Source of the DNA: Malacoraja senta
Lineage: Eukaryota
Assembly (NCBI GenBank): GCA_038087875.1
Contig: CM075985.1
Location: 18,848,001 to 18,912,000, forward strand
Direction: 5' to 3'
DNA: 64,000 nt
The notes beneath the pieces were generated by a model. The model did no database searches, was not told the origin of the DNA, and saw only the letters and a list, made by a program, of their open reading frames with translations. The translations under genes were made by a program, and so were the position numbers. Below are positions 1-12,469 of the stretch, piece after piece; positions within the stretch are counted from its first letter, which is position 1, and each line of letters begins with the position of its first letter.

Positions 1-357
1 CCATTCCGTATCTGACCTCTCTGTCCTGGGTCTCCTCCATGGCCACAGCGAGCAACACCGTAAATTGGAGGAAATGCACCTCATATTCCGCTTGGGCAGT
101 CTACATCCTGGTGGCCTGAACGTTGAATTCTCCCAATTCTGCTAGCCCTGGCTGTCCCCTCCCCTTCATCAGCCATCTGGTTGTCTCCGCCCCTCCCCCA
201 GCCCTCGGGCTCCTCCTCCTCCTTTTCCTTTTTTCCTTTCTTCTCCCCACCCCCTATCAGTCTGAAGAAGGGTTTCGGCCCGAAACGTTACCTATTTCCT
301 TCGCTCCATAGATGCTGCTGCACCTGCTGAGTTTCTCCAGCATTTTTGTGTACCTTC
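1..357 (+). mobile_element. Penelope-like 3' end/pLTR, same family as 22049-24820
   Basis: Matches 23918-24083 and 24640-24820; hammerhead-like core at ~262-290. Confidence 0.85.
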
Positions 358-359
358 AT

Positions 360-1775
360 CCACTGATCTATTGGCCCGGTATGCAAACTGCAGAGGGTCC
401 AGCAGGGGGTTCATGATAATTTTCAGCTTGGTCTTTCAAAGGTCTTTATGACTACAGAGGACAGTGCGACAGGCCTGCAGCCATTAAGACCAGTAATCCT
501 TGAATTTTCCTCTTCTCAGCTTGTATTTGGCATACCTGTAGAGGTCTGCATCCCCGCTCCTGTAGGCCTCATCATTAGACTGGGGAGCTGTCTGAGTTCT
601 GCTGTAAACCAGGGCTTGTCGTTGTTGAACTAGATCCGGGTCCTAGTGGGAATGCAACTGTCCTCACCAAAGCTGACAAATGATGCCACAGTGTCTGTAT
701 ACTCACTTGTGGTTGCTTCCCTGAACACATTCCAATCAGTGCAATCAAAGCAGGACTGTAGGTTTTCAATGCCCTCGCCTGTCCACCTTTTCATTGTTCT
801 GACCACAGGGACAGCAGATTTTAGTTTCAGCCTGTAGGTTGGAATAAGGTGAACTAAACAATGATCAGAGAGACCCAGAGCCGTCCGGGGAACAGAGCCA
901 TATGCGTTCTTGATGAAGTGTAATAACAGTGATCGAGTGTTCTCTGCCCTTTGGTGGGGCAGGTAACGTGAAGTCAGTACTTTGGAAGGTCTTGGCTGAG
1001 ATTAGCCTTACTAAAGTCCCCCAAAACAATGACCACTCTCTACCCTCATTACCTGGTCAGCGAGTTGCGTTTGCGTCTCACTTACGCAGGCTTGGGGGAA
1101 TGTAAACTCCAGCGAGAATAAAAGAGGTAAATTCTCTCTGAGAATAAAAGGGTTTGCAGTTTATAAAGAAGGATTTTCGATTGGGAGAAATTAGACTGTA
1201 TCGTGATGTCACTGCACCAGTCCTGGTTAGTATAGAAGCATATTCCACCGCCTCTTGATTTTCCCGCTGACTCTGCTTCGCGGTCCGCTCTATGTAGTTG
1301 AAAGCCAGCCAGTTGCAGCGCATTGTCTTGGGTTGACTCACACAGCTAGGTCTCGGTGAAGCACAGGGCAGCGGCTCGAGAGAAGTCCTTGTTTGTCTGG
1401 CGCCGGAGTTGCAGTTCGTCCACTTTGTTGTTAAGAGAACGTAGATTTGCAAGGGATATACTCGGGAGCGGTGTGCGTAATCCTCGTCGCCAGAGTCGGG
1501 TGAGTGCTTCAGAGCGCTTCCCACAGGTCCTCCTCCATCTCAAGACCTTGAACACAGCCACAGCCCCGCCAACGAGTATGTCCAAATAATCCAGCGAGTG
1601 AGAGAAATCCGGAACGATATCTGGAGGTACCGTATGTCTGATGTTAATGGGTTCCTCTCTCATGAAAGTGATCTTTGTGGGGTTTTCACAGATGACACAA
1701 ACAAACAAACACATACAAAACAGCAAGGAGCAGTACACCTTGGCAGCCATCCTCAGCGCCAGCCAGAAGTCCAAA
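360..1775 (-). mobile_element. Rex1/Babar-type LINE 5' half (AP endonuclease region), degenerate
   Basis: LRTPLPSISLANLRSLNNKVDEL…CFTET and CKPFYSQREFTSFILAGVYIPP across frameshifted ORFs 1346-1801 and 1078-1524. Confidence 0.75.
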
Positions 1776-3849
1776 TATTGTAAGCAGTGTGGGAAAGACA
1801 TGATTGTGGCAATCGTCTACCTTGCAGTTTATGGGTTGGGCACTGAAGTTGGGTCACAAAGTACCTGTGATTGTGCTATGTCTGTAGGGAACTTAGCTGC
1901 TCTGGTTTTGTGATAATAGAACTTCTGGGATGACATGTGCCTAGATGGGCCGGTGCAGAGACAACATTGAAGGTGAAAATAAAGGTATTTCCTTTCTCAC
2001 TGTGTTTCTTTTCAAAAACAACAGATTTGGTCTACAGCTCTAATTTATTTTGTCGATCTATCTTTAACAACTGCCACTATCATTGTTTCATATCCTCTGA
2101 GATGGAAGAGGTCAGGCATAAGGCTTCTTCCCAGCATCTTCATGAAGCACCACATGGAAAGCCACCCTGTGAACAGAATCAAAATGGTGCAGTTCACTTG
2201 TTATTGAAAGACGTTCACTTGCTCCTCTTCAAATTTCATCTACTGCATTCGGTGCTCCCAACATGGCCTCCTTCATATCAATGAGACCATGCATAGAATA
2301 GCCAACCATTTCACCACACATTCCTCTCTGTCAGCCAAGGCCTGCTAGATTTACAGCTTGCTAAATACTTTAAACTTCCCATTCCCATACCGACCTTGGC
2401 CTCTTCCATTGCAAGAGTGAGACCACACAAAACCTAGAGGAACAGCACTTCATATTCCACTTACAATCCAAGTATGAGCATATGAATTTTCCAACTTAAA
2501 GTAACATCCCGCCTGTACTCACCTTTCTTTGCAGTGCATGCCACGCCCATTCTGATATGCTTCCATTTCTCCCACCGTCTCCCAACATGGCCCTCCTTGT
2601 TAGAGCTCCCCTGCTTTACACTGATACCTGCTGCTTGTGCCTGCTCCAGATGGTTGCAGTTCCCTAATTTTCTACCAGAGTTCCCCATGCAAAGGGGGAA
2701 GAGTGCAGGTGCCGCTAACCTTGAGCCTCCTGCAACGGGACATGTTGGTTACTGGAAACATGCTTTGCTAAGTGTGTTCATAGTAACTTAATCTCAAAGC
2801 CTCTTTGTGTCTAAATCCTCTGAGGTTGTTACAGGGACATCCACACCAAAATGTCTGTGTGAGCAGGGAACAGTTGCAGTAAGTGGGTCAACAGAGCCTG
2901 ATTTGGCAAAACTAACCAACACATCACCTTTACCATTGTCTTTGACAACCAATGTGCACAAACTCGTGGAATGTGCAACACTCACTGGATTTCTTCATGT
3001 CCACAAAAAAACAAAGCGCTGGAGTAACTCATCAGGTCAGGCAGCATCTCTGGACATCATGAATAGGTGACGTTTCGGGTTGGGACCCTTCTTTTTGTCT
3101 AGGCTATTTTCTGACAACCATACATGTTGATGTCAGAAGACCAGTTTAAAAACCTTTGCAAACAGGAAACATGGGGGAGAATAAAATGGGATTAATGTAA
3201 GTGAGTGTTCCTTATTCCACATAGACTCAGTGAGGTTCAGGGCCTGTTTTTGTGCAGTTGACTCTGCGACTATGACTCATACAGGAAAGACCAGTATCCT
3301 TTGGCAAAGAGACTGAAAATGCTTTCAGGTATCCTGGACATTACCTTAATGTAATGCTTCCTTATCATGAAAAATACAGCACAGTACGCCATGTCAGCTC
3401 AAAGAATTGTTGAGGCAAACCACAGTTTCCTGCTCTCTTTACATGTCCTTGCAGTCATAGACATCAGGTACACACATCTATTTTTTTAAATGTGATAGAC
3501 GATTCTGCCTCAATCATCCTTTTGTGCAGTGAATTCTGGACCCCACCATTTTGGTGAAAAAACATTTTGATATTCCCTCTTGATATAACTTAAAGTGTGG
3601 CACCAATACTTTATAAATGTCCATGTAATCTGCACCAGCACTTCATGAAAATAATCTGGACTGCTATCAGCAAACAACAAAGTGCTGGAGGAACTCAGCA
3701 GGTAAGGCAGTGTCTGTGGAGAGAAATGGCCAAATAATGTTTTAGGGTCGAGACTCTTCATCAGACTGCTCCTTCCATCTCCCTCCACAGATGCTGCCTG
3801 GCCAATTGAGTTCTTCCAGCACTTATCATTTTTTTGCACAAGATTCCCG

Positions 3850-4088
3850 AGTCAGAGGGTGGTGAATCTATGGATTTCTTTGCCACAGAAGGCGGTGGAG
3901 ACCAAGTCAATGGATATTTTTAAGGCAGAGATTGATAGATTCTTGAGTAATATGGGTGTCAGGGGTTATGGGGAGAAGGCAGGAGAATGGAGTTGAGAGG
4001 GAAAGATAGATCAGCCATGATTGAATGGCATAGTAGACTTGATGGGCTGAATGGCCTCATTCTGCTCCTAGAACTTATGATCTTATAA
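3850..4088 (+). mobile_element. CR1 3' end fragment (similar at 26390-26620, 61098-61235, 30316-30450; older CR1 pieces at ~5120-5610, 7575-7870, 18100-18370, 32215-32465, 46680-47070)
   Basis: CAGAGGGTGGTGAATC…GATCAGCCATGATTGAATGG…GGGCTGAATGGCCT CR1 3' UTR. Confidence 0.75.
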
Positions 4089-6944
4089 AGATTCCACCTA
4101 CTGCAGCCTCTTGGATCTCTGGGCACCTATCCCCTGGACTGCAATCCTGCAGTCAATTCCTCCAGACCCACTATTCCCCACTTGATCATATAATATTTGT
4201 CCAAGAGCATACAATCCAAAGTTTTCTCAATACTGAGGTCAGTAGTCTGTATGCTGTCTCTTCCACTGCACATGCTTCCTGCTCTTACTACGAGGAGCAA
4301 GAAGATGTCACTCTAACCTGCAGCCTACATTCAATATCACGTGAGTACTGCCTGCACTGGCAGGTGCAAAGCACTGTGTCGAAGTGCCCTTTCTTCCTGG
4401 CTATATAACTCCAGCTTTCGCATGGCAGTGTCGTGTTCACCTCATGCTCCTGGTCTGCTATCCTGTTTCCACGTCCACATTGCAGGATTTTAACAGTTCA
4501 AGGTCCATATCATTTGCATTTGCTTTTGACTTGAAGCCAACTCTTTTGAAATCAGGTCACAGAGCTCAGAAATCATTTACACCTCAGTTACCTTGAACGG
4601 GAGTAAGGTTTAGTGGGAACATTCTGATTACTGTATCTCAGGAGTAGATAGTCACAAGAAATAAACTGGATTTAAATAATCCTTTGTCTTGAGTACTATA
4701 CGTAAAAAGGCATCCACTCATTTTGTTTTCATTTATGATATATTAATATGAGGCCAACATTTATTGTTAGTCTTTAATTTCACTTGGAGAGGTAGTGGTG
4801 AGCTGCATTCTTGAACCATAGCGGTTTGTGGAGAAGGCAATCTCAGGGCGCTGAGAGGTTGAACATTCCAGCACATTGACCTAGCAACTCTGAAGCTGTG
4901 GCACCGGGTGTCCAAGTATCTAAGTTGATTTGAAGAGAAACTTGGACATGTCCCAGGGTGATACAGTTGACCGCAGATGTTGGAATTATTGAGCAAAAAT
5001 TAAAGTGCTCTTGGAACTCAGGCAGCATCTGTGGAGGGAATGGACAGATGATGTTTCAAGTCAGGACTCTTTTTCAGACTGTTGAAGGGTCCCAACCCAA
5101 AACGGTGTCTATCCATTCTCGAATCAAAGTCATACAGCGTGGAACAATTTGCCTCCAGACCCATTATTCCCCACTTGATCATATAATATTTGTCCACAAG
5201 TGTTGCACAATTTGCCCACACTGACCAACATGTCCCATCTACAGTAGTCCCACCTGTCTGCGTTTGGCCCATATCCCTCCAAACCTATTCTATAGGTTAG
5301 GCCCAACTCATCCATGCCAACCTAGAGGCCCCATCTAAGATAGTCCGATTAGCCTGTATTTGACACAGATCGCTCTAAATCTATCCTATCCATGTACCTG
5401 TCTAATGTTTCTTAAATGTTGCAATAGTTCCTGCCTCAACTACCTCCTCCGGCAGCTCATTCCATACATCCACCACACTTTGTGTAAGAAAATGTTAACC
5501 CTCAGGTTCCTATTAATCTTTCACCTCTCACCTTAAATCTATGTCCTCTAGTTCTTGATTCCCCTACTTTGGGCAAGAGTATGTGATCTCTTCCTCTCAT
5601 GTTTGTGTACACCTAAACATACTTTTCTCCACACGACCTGATGGGATTTATCCGATTCTCCCCTAGATTCTGCCTCACCCATTGAGTTCCTCTGCATTTT
5701 TCTCGGATGTGCCCCAACTGACATTTTTTTGTAATAGAGATTGTTAAGTTAGGAGCATTGGCCTTGATGGTTTAGTGCAAATCAAATTGGTGCAAATCAT
5801 CTCTAAGTAATAGATACTGAATATAGTGGAAGTTGGTAGATGGGATGCTAAACAATCAGGCTTTCTATTCAAGGTAATATTGATATTCTTGAATCTGGCT
5901 GATCTAGGGAAGTTGAGAGTATCACCCTGATGTTCTCTGTAGAAATGGAAAGGCTTAGAAAGAAGTAAAGAAGTGATGTCCGGTCTTGCTGCATACAGTC
6001 ATGGAACTCCTAATTTTCTCAGAAGGACTGAGATGATTGGCCGACAACATATACAAATCTAGGTCATGAAGAGTATGACCCCATTGGCTTTAATTTTACT
6101 GGGCTTCTTGATGTTGCATTTAGTCAAATATTGCCTTGATGTTTCAGACAATCAATTTCACTTCCTATCTGGAGTTCCCTCTTTTGTCCAAGTTTGGACT
6201 GAGGCTATATGTGGACTGGAGCTCAGTGACTCTGATGAAGCATGATCAGCATGTTGAGGAGTAAATACCCATTGGTGAACACTTGATCACCTCATTGATT
6301 ACTTTGCTGAAGAACGCTTCAGTGAATAAGTCAATGATGACTTGAAGCTCACATTCACATGCTCACCAACCCAACTCCCACCTGCAATGTTGACCCAACT
6401 AATTGGAACTGATTCAAATGTTAATCACTGCAGTGACTACTTGGGGACAAGTTCTGTCAGAAGAAAGCTGTTCAATCAGAATTTGTCTCATTACACAATA
6501 AAGCACAATTTACACTTCCTAAATGATCTGATAACAACTTGACTTGTTAAGTAATGGCCAAGAATGTTAATCTTGATGTGGACAGAGGAAAATAAATTAA
6601 ACAATTCACTGAAATTGCATCAGAACATCAACCTGAAATGTTAATTCCACAGATAAACTAAAAATGCTGGAGTAACTCAGCAGGGCAGGCAGCATTTCTG
6701 GATAGAAGCATCTGCAGTTCCTTCCTCCACATGACTCTCCACAGAGGCTGTCTGACCTGCAAAACATTGCCAGCATTTTGAGTGGCTTCATATTTCTATC
6801 ATCAGTAGGTTTTGTTTTGTTCCTGAGTTGAAATTGCAAGATTGTTCTGATTCTGAAAAGCATTTTAACACTGGTTGTTGGGCCCTAAGTGTATCCTCTG
6901 TGCAATCAACAACCTGAGCAAATATTAAACTATCATTTGATATT

Positions 6945-7410
6945 TGAACATTGAATTCTCCAACTTTAGATATACTCTGCAAAACACCCCTCTCCCCTTC
7001 CTTCCCCTCTGAGCCCCAGCTTCTGTGCATCATTTCTCCCTCCCTCCCCTTCCTCCTACATTATTTCCCCAATCTAAACAATCCTCACCTCGTTAAACCC
7101 CTGGCACACAACTCGCATCTCTCTTATCCTTTTGTTCACACCTTATGTGTGTTCATCTCTGGCCTTTGTCCAACCAACTGATTATCAAAACCTCCCCTCG
7201 CCTGTATTCACCTATGACCTCCCACGCTTTGTCCTCCCCCTCCACTACCTTCCTTTCTCCCCACCCCTGCATTCAGTCTGAAGTAGTGTCCCAACCCAAA
7301 ATGTCACCACTCCATGTTCTCCAGAGATGCTGCTTGACCCACTGAGTTACTCCAGCATTTTGCGCCTTTCCTTGTGTCAAACCAGTATCTGCAGTTCCTT
7401 GTTTCTACAT
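6945..7410 (+). mobile_element. Older Penelope-like 3' fragment (others at ~2190-2510, 9895-10200, 12495-13180, 13725-14182, 42050-42322, 48868-48967, 59725-59850)
   Basis: AACATTGAATTCTCCAA ORF end, pyrimidine-rich UTR, GAGATGCTGC..TGAGTTACTCCAGCA pLTR tail. Confidence 0.7.
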
Positions 7411-9048
7411 TAAACTTCCGTTATGTTTCCACAATTTGTGTGATTCACACATTTGTGTAAACTGCATGGAAAGCTTGTGTACAAATGCAACAATATTTAC
7501 TAACATGCATGGATTATGTGAGATTGGATGTCATGAGATCAAACTTTAGTTCAGAGGTTAGTTTGTTAGTTTTTCCTTGTGTGGAAATGTCAAAGACTGG
7601 GGGGGCATAGCTTTACCATGAGAAGGGCAACATTTAAAGGAGATGTGCATGGGCAAGTTTTTTTACAGAGTGTTGAGTGCCAGGAATGTGCTGCCAGGTG
7701 TGGTGGGTAGAAATAGATACAATGGTGGCTAAGAGGCTATGCAGAGAATGGATGGATATGGATCATGTACAGGCAGAGAGGAATAGTTTAACCTGACATC
7801 ATGTTCATCGTGGGCTGAACATTGTGGGCTGAAAGGCCTGCTCCTGTGCTATTCTGTGCTATGTTTTATGGATCAATTACAATTGCCCCCACAAATGCTT
7901 CCTGACACTCTGAGTACTTCCATCAATTTTTGCTTTTGTATTTGATGTCAAAGAATGTAACAAACAAGTGTTGGCAATCCAGAGTGAAACGATCCTGCCG
8001 TTTCCACTTTCTAGATATTGGTTGCTATTCTGGGTATTTACTATGTGTATTCAATGAAAACCCTGTTAGTATTGTTAATTACAATGGAGATGACAGCAAA
8101 AATGCAGTGAACAAAATGAGTCTTAAGTGGTAAATCTTACCAGATCAACGACATCAATCCCATTCTGGAGTCTCACGAGGTCGAAGGTTTGCTAATTAGA
8201 TGTCCTCATTTTTTCTTGACTATAAGCTATGTTATCTGCTTAAAGGTTACCTACCAAACCACGTGGTTTATCCCTGCCAGGGAATAAATAGATAGATCAT
8301 TAGTAAAAGTATAGGCACAAGAATGCACTGAACTTAATAGTAGAATTTAGCCATGCGAGGAATTTAATTTCAACAGTTAAAATGAAATTTCCAACAGCCA
8401 CCTCCTTATCTACCTCATTCATCCAAGACAAAATGTTTTGATAATAGATGCTGCGATCAGTATTCTCATTCTTCATAGAGTCGTTTCTGCTTCAAAATTG
8501 CACAATTCAAATTCACCTTTAAAAAGGCCAACATTTCTGACCTGCATCAGTAATTAGCAGAACAGAATGTCAGAAAATGTATTCTGTAAAATGTATGTTT
8601 ACAAGCAGCCCGTCGTCGAAAGTGAGAAAACCTTTCAGTAATAAGAACGGAGAATACTGGAAATGCTCAGCGGATTAGGAGACATTCAGTATATTTTCAA
8701 GTCTCCAACAAATATGAAACTGTTTCAATTTAAAATTGTTGGTGCTTAATTATTTAACCATCAGAAAAAAATTCTTGTAATTTGCAAGTTACAAGAAATA
8801 GTGCGCAATATTCCAAAAGTGACTTTAAATTAAGTGGTCAAACTGTCATGGGTTAAGTAATTAGTTTGAACTTATAATCAAATGTAATTGACATGGCTCC
8901 ACTGGTTAAAGACACCTTCGTATTGACTGGATAATTACATGGGTGACACTGAATGCTGTTTGAAATGCTGAGTAGTATTTCCAACATTTTCTGTTTTAAA
9001 TCATCGAAATGTTTCCTTCCTTCTGCCAAATTAATTGGTTGTAAATAA

Positions 9049-9310
9049 TGTTTAGTTTTAGAGATATAGTGTGGAAACAGGCCTTCGGCCCACCGAGTCC
9101 ACTCTGACCAGCGATCAGCTCTACACTAGTTTGATCCTACAAACTAGGGACAATTTACAGAAGCCAATTAACCAACAAACCTGCAAGTCTTTGGGATGTG
9201 TTAGCAAACCAGAGCACCCAGAGGAAACCCACGCAGTTACAGGGAGAATGTACAAACTCCATACAGAGAGAACATGTAGTCAGGATCAAACCCGGGTCTC
9301 TGCGCCACAT
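9049..9310 (-). mobile_element. V-SINE (HE1-like), 5'-eroded
   Basis: Same consensus, reverse strand. Confidence 0.8.
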
Positions 9311-12152
9311 AATTAATACAGTAAATTTTCTGAGGCTCGATGTCAGTGAAAATAATGTGTCAGTATTTTGGCCCTCATGTTTACACATGACCATTTTGAA
9401 ATTTGCCACGTTTAATGCTACGCATTTTTCATTGGTTAAACAAAATAGACCAAGCGTTGACCTTGTTTTCCTTGAATATTGCTCATTTCCAACTGAGCTT
9501 TAGTATCAGGTGAGAGAGTCGACCCCCAGTGTGCACCTCATTGTACCAAATAAACACACGGCAAGCAACAGAGTCTGGCTGCCTCACTTTGGAATGTTTC
9601 ATAAAACAAGGTTGCTGTTGTTTCACGTCAGCGTGCACAGGCTTCCTCATACTCTTGTCTCACGCCTCCAAATGGTTCTTCTTTCACAGCCTTAAATGCA
9701 CGCACGCCCTTGGAAGTCTCACCTCACGTGTTGTTGTTACATTTCAGTACTTGTCATCGCTGTTTGATGCTCAGCTTTCTGACACCTGAGTTGCAGTGTT
9801 TCTCCTGCCAAAGACAGGCCTTTTAGGCTCAGTCTCTGTTCAACTTACAAGATGACTTGCCCAATAATGCTGAAGGGGTATAAATAAATAAATATAGACA
9901 CAGGGAACTGCAGATGCTGGGTTACAAAAAAAAAGGCAAAGTTCTGATGTAACTCAGCAGGTCAGGCAGCATCTCTGGAGGACATGGATAGGTGACATTT
10001 TGAGTCAGGACCCTTCTTCAGACAATAAATAAAATTCCTACATGTAGGAACGAACTGCAGATGCTGTTTTAAACTGAAGATAGACACAAAAAGCTGGAGT
10101 AACTCAGCGGGTCAAAAAGCATCTCTGGAGAAAAGGAATAGGTGATGTTTTGGGTCAAGACCCTCTTCAGACTGAAGAAGTGTCTTGACCCGAAACGTTA
10201 TCTGTGAAATAAAAATGTGTTGTGTTGAGTAAAGGAAAGGTGGAGGTGAAGAGTTGGACAGTGAAGTTGGGCCAAACCTGGGAGATTGATGAGATGGATG
10301 CTGAGAAAACGCTTCCCTTTATGGGAATATCTAAAACTAGAGTCATTGGTTCAACATAAGACGTTCCCATTAAAAACAAAGTTGAAGAGGAAGTTATTAT
10401 CTCTGAGGTTCGTGAAACTTTAAAAAATTCTGCTCTTCTGAATGCAACGTCACTGAATACATTGAATGTGGAGTATAACAGACATTTACAAATAAGTGAA
10501 GTTGAGGGGCTTGGGGAGAGAACAGAAAAGTGGTGTTGTGACCAAGATTGCATCAGCCATGAATTACTGCTAGACGATGCAGGCTTGAGGGGTTTGCTGA
10601 TCTAGTCCTGCATCCTGTGATAATGTTATTACATAAATCTCAATTTCCTTGTACCAAGTCATCTTTCAAATCATCCCATCTTATTCCTGTTATTAGTCCC
10701 CATCCCTTCATGCCTGGCTTTAAGTCTTACAAATTCCCTTTACCTTTCTTTCAACTTTTCATCTATTGCCTTAAGTCTCATCCCATTTTATCCAAGCTTT
10801 CAATCACCTCTATTTTCTTGGGTCAGCATTTCTTCCTGTCAGATTCCACTTTCTTGCCTTCTATGGGATAATTTCCTACATTAAAAGCACAATATCGGTG
10901 CAAACGACTATCAGTGTTTTGGGAATCCATTAATACCAAACTTCAAATGAAATAAGCAGTAAATTCAACATGTAACAGGTCTAACTTCTTATCTTCAGGA
11001 ACTTGATATTTACATTTGACGATTATTCTGTATTGTACAGCAACGTTACCTGTCAGTTTTATGGACAACTAAACTAAAACCTAAAGAATGATGACTGAAA
11101 TGTTAATGTTTTAATATTGAAACTGCTGCATTTGAAAAACGTTGGCAATTCTCTGGATCTCAATGCTGCATTAATGTGTGAGGTTTAATTCAGGAATCTG
11201 CAAGACCTATAATTGACCTCAACTATTCTAGTAATCTAGATATGATTTTTTTCCATTATTGTTTTATTTTTAAAACTTTGCTGCTAACGTCAATACCAAG
11301 AAGGGAACAGTTAGAATTATAATTTCAGTTTAATATGTGCAATGGTGGGACATTTAATTGTCTTCACTCTCAGCTCTTGCAGTAATGAATACATGCACAC
11401 ATACAACATTTCCTAATTAACAGATTGACATTTGCCAGCCCTTTGCACGTATCAGCTGTGGGAACTCAGTGAAAGCTACGCTTAGGGTTGAACCTGCCAA
11501 TTCCCAATCCCCCTCTGTGGAGAACATTTTCATAATTGATCAGCACTGATCCAAGACCAGAAACTTACAGTATAGCACATTTCATTTGTGTTATATTGAA
11601 AACGCATTTGATTTTGACTATCCTCACTCAGAGATAGCACTGTAACATACAGTATATTCCTTTCACCTTTCGTCTTAAATGTGTGGCACACTCTCAGAAT
11701 AATCTTGAAGCAGCATTTCTTCTAATACCTGCTGAGGAAGGAATATCCCACTATTTCTTTCTCTTTGAGGATATTTTACAAAGTTATATAACCCATTAGC
11801 AATCACATGATGCTAATATGAGTTACATTAACAGGTCTGTTAAAATTAAATAAACTTATTGAGAAACTTACCTCTGAGAAACTCTCATGCTAATCATGAC
11901 AGATCCAAAAAAGACAGAATTTTAGCTATGAGGGAGGAATTGCAAAACATATACATGGAATACAAAATCAAATTTCTTATTTATATCTTTAGCTTGGCTT
12001 GTTGCAAACCTGCACCTAATACCGCTTTTTTTTCTCACCTTAGCTAGAAAATCAGAGTTGTTTTTACTTTTTAAATAAACCCAAGCACCTTATCAAATTT
12101 GAATGCTAGGTAGATCACATTGAATTCTTACTGACTAGGCCTTTATCTATAA

Positions 12153-12469
12153 GTGCGGCACGGTGGAGCAGCGGTAGAGTTGCTGCCTTACAGTGCCGGG
12201 GACCCGGGTTCGATTCTGACTTTGGATGCTGTCTGTGTGTGCGGAGTTTGTACGTTCTCCCCGTGACCTGCGTGGGTTTTCTATGTGAACTCTGGTTTCC
12301 TCCCACACTCCAGAGATGTACTGGATCGTAGGTTAATTGGCTTGGTATAAATGTAAAATTGTCCCTAGTGTGTAGGATAGTTTTAATGTGCGTGGATCGC
12401 TGGTCGGTGCAGACTTGGTGGGCCGAAGGGCCTGTTTCTGCTCTGTAACTGTAAACTAAACTAAACTAA
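12153..12469 (+). mobile_element. V-SINE (HE1-like)
   Basis: Same layout as 14977-15298. Confidence 0.85.
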
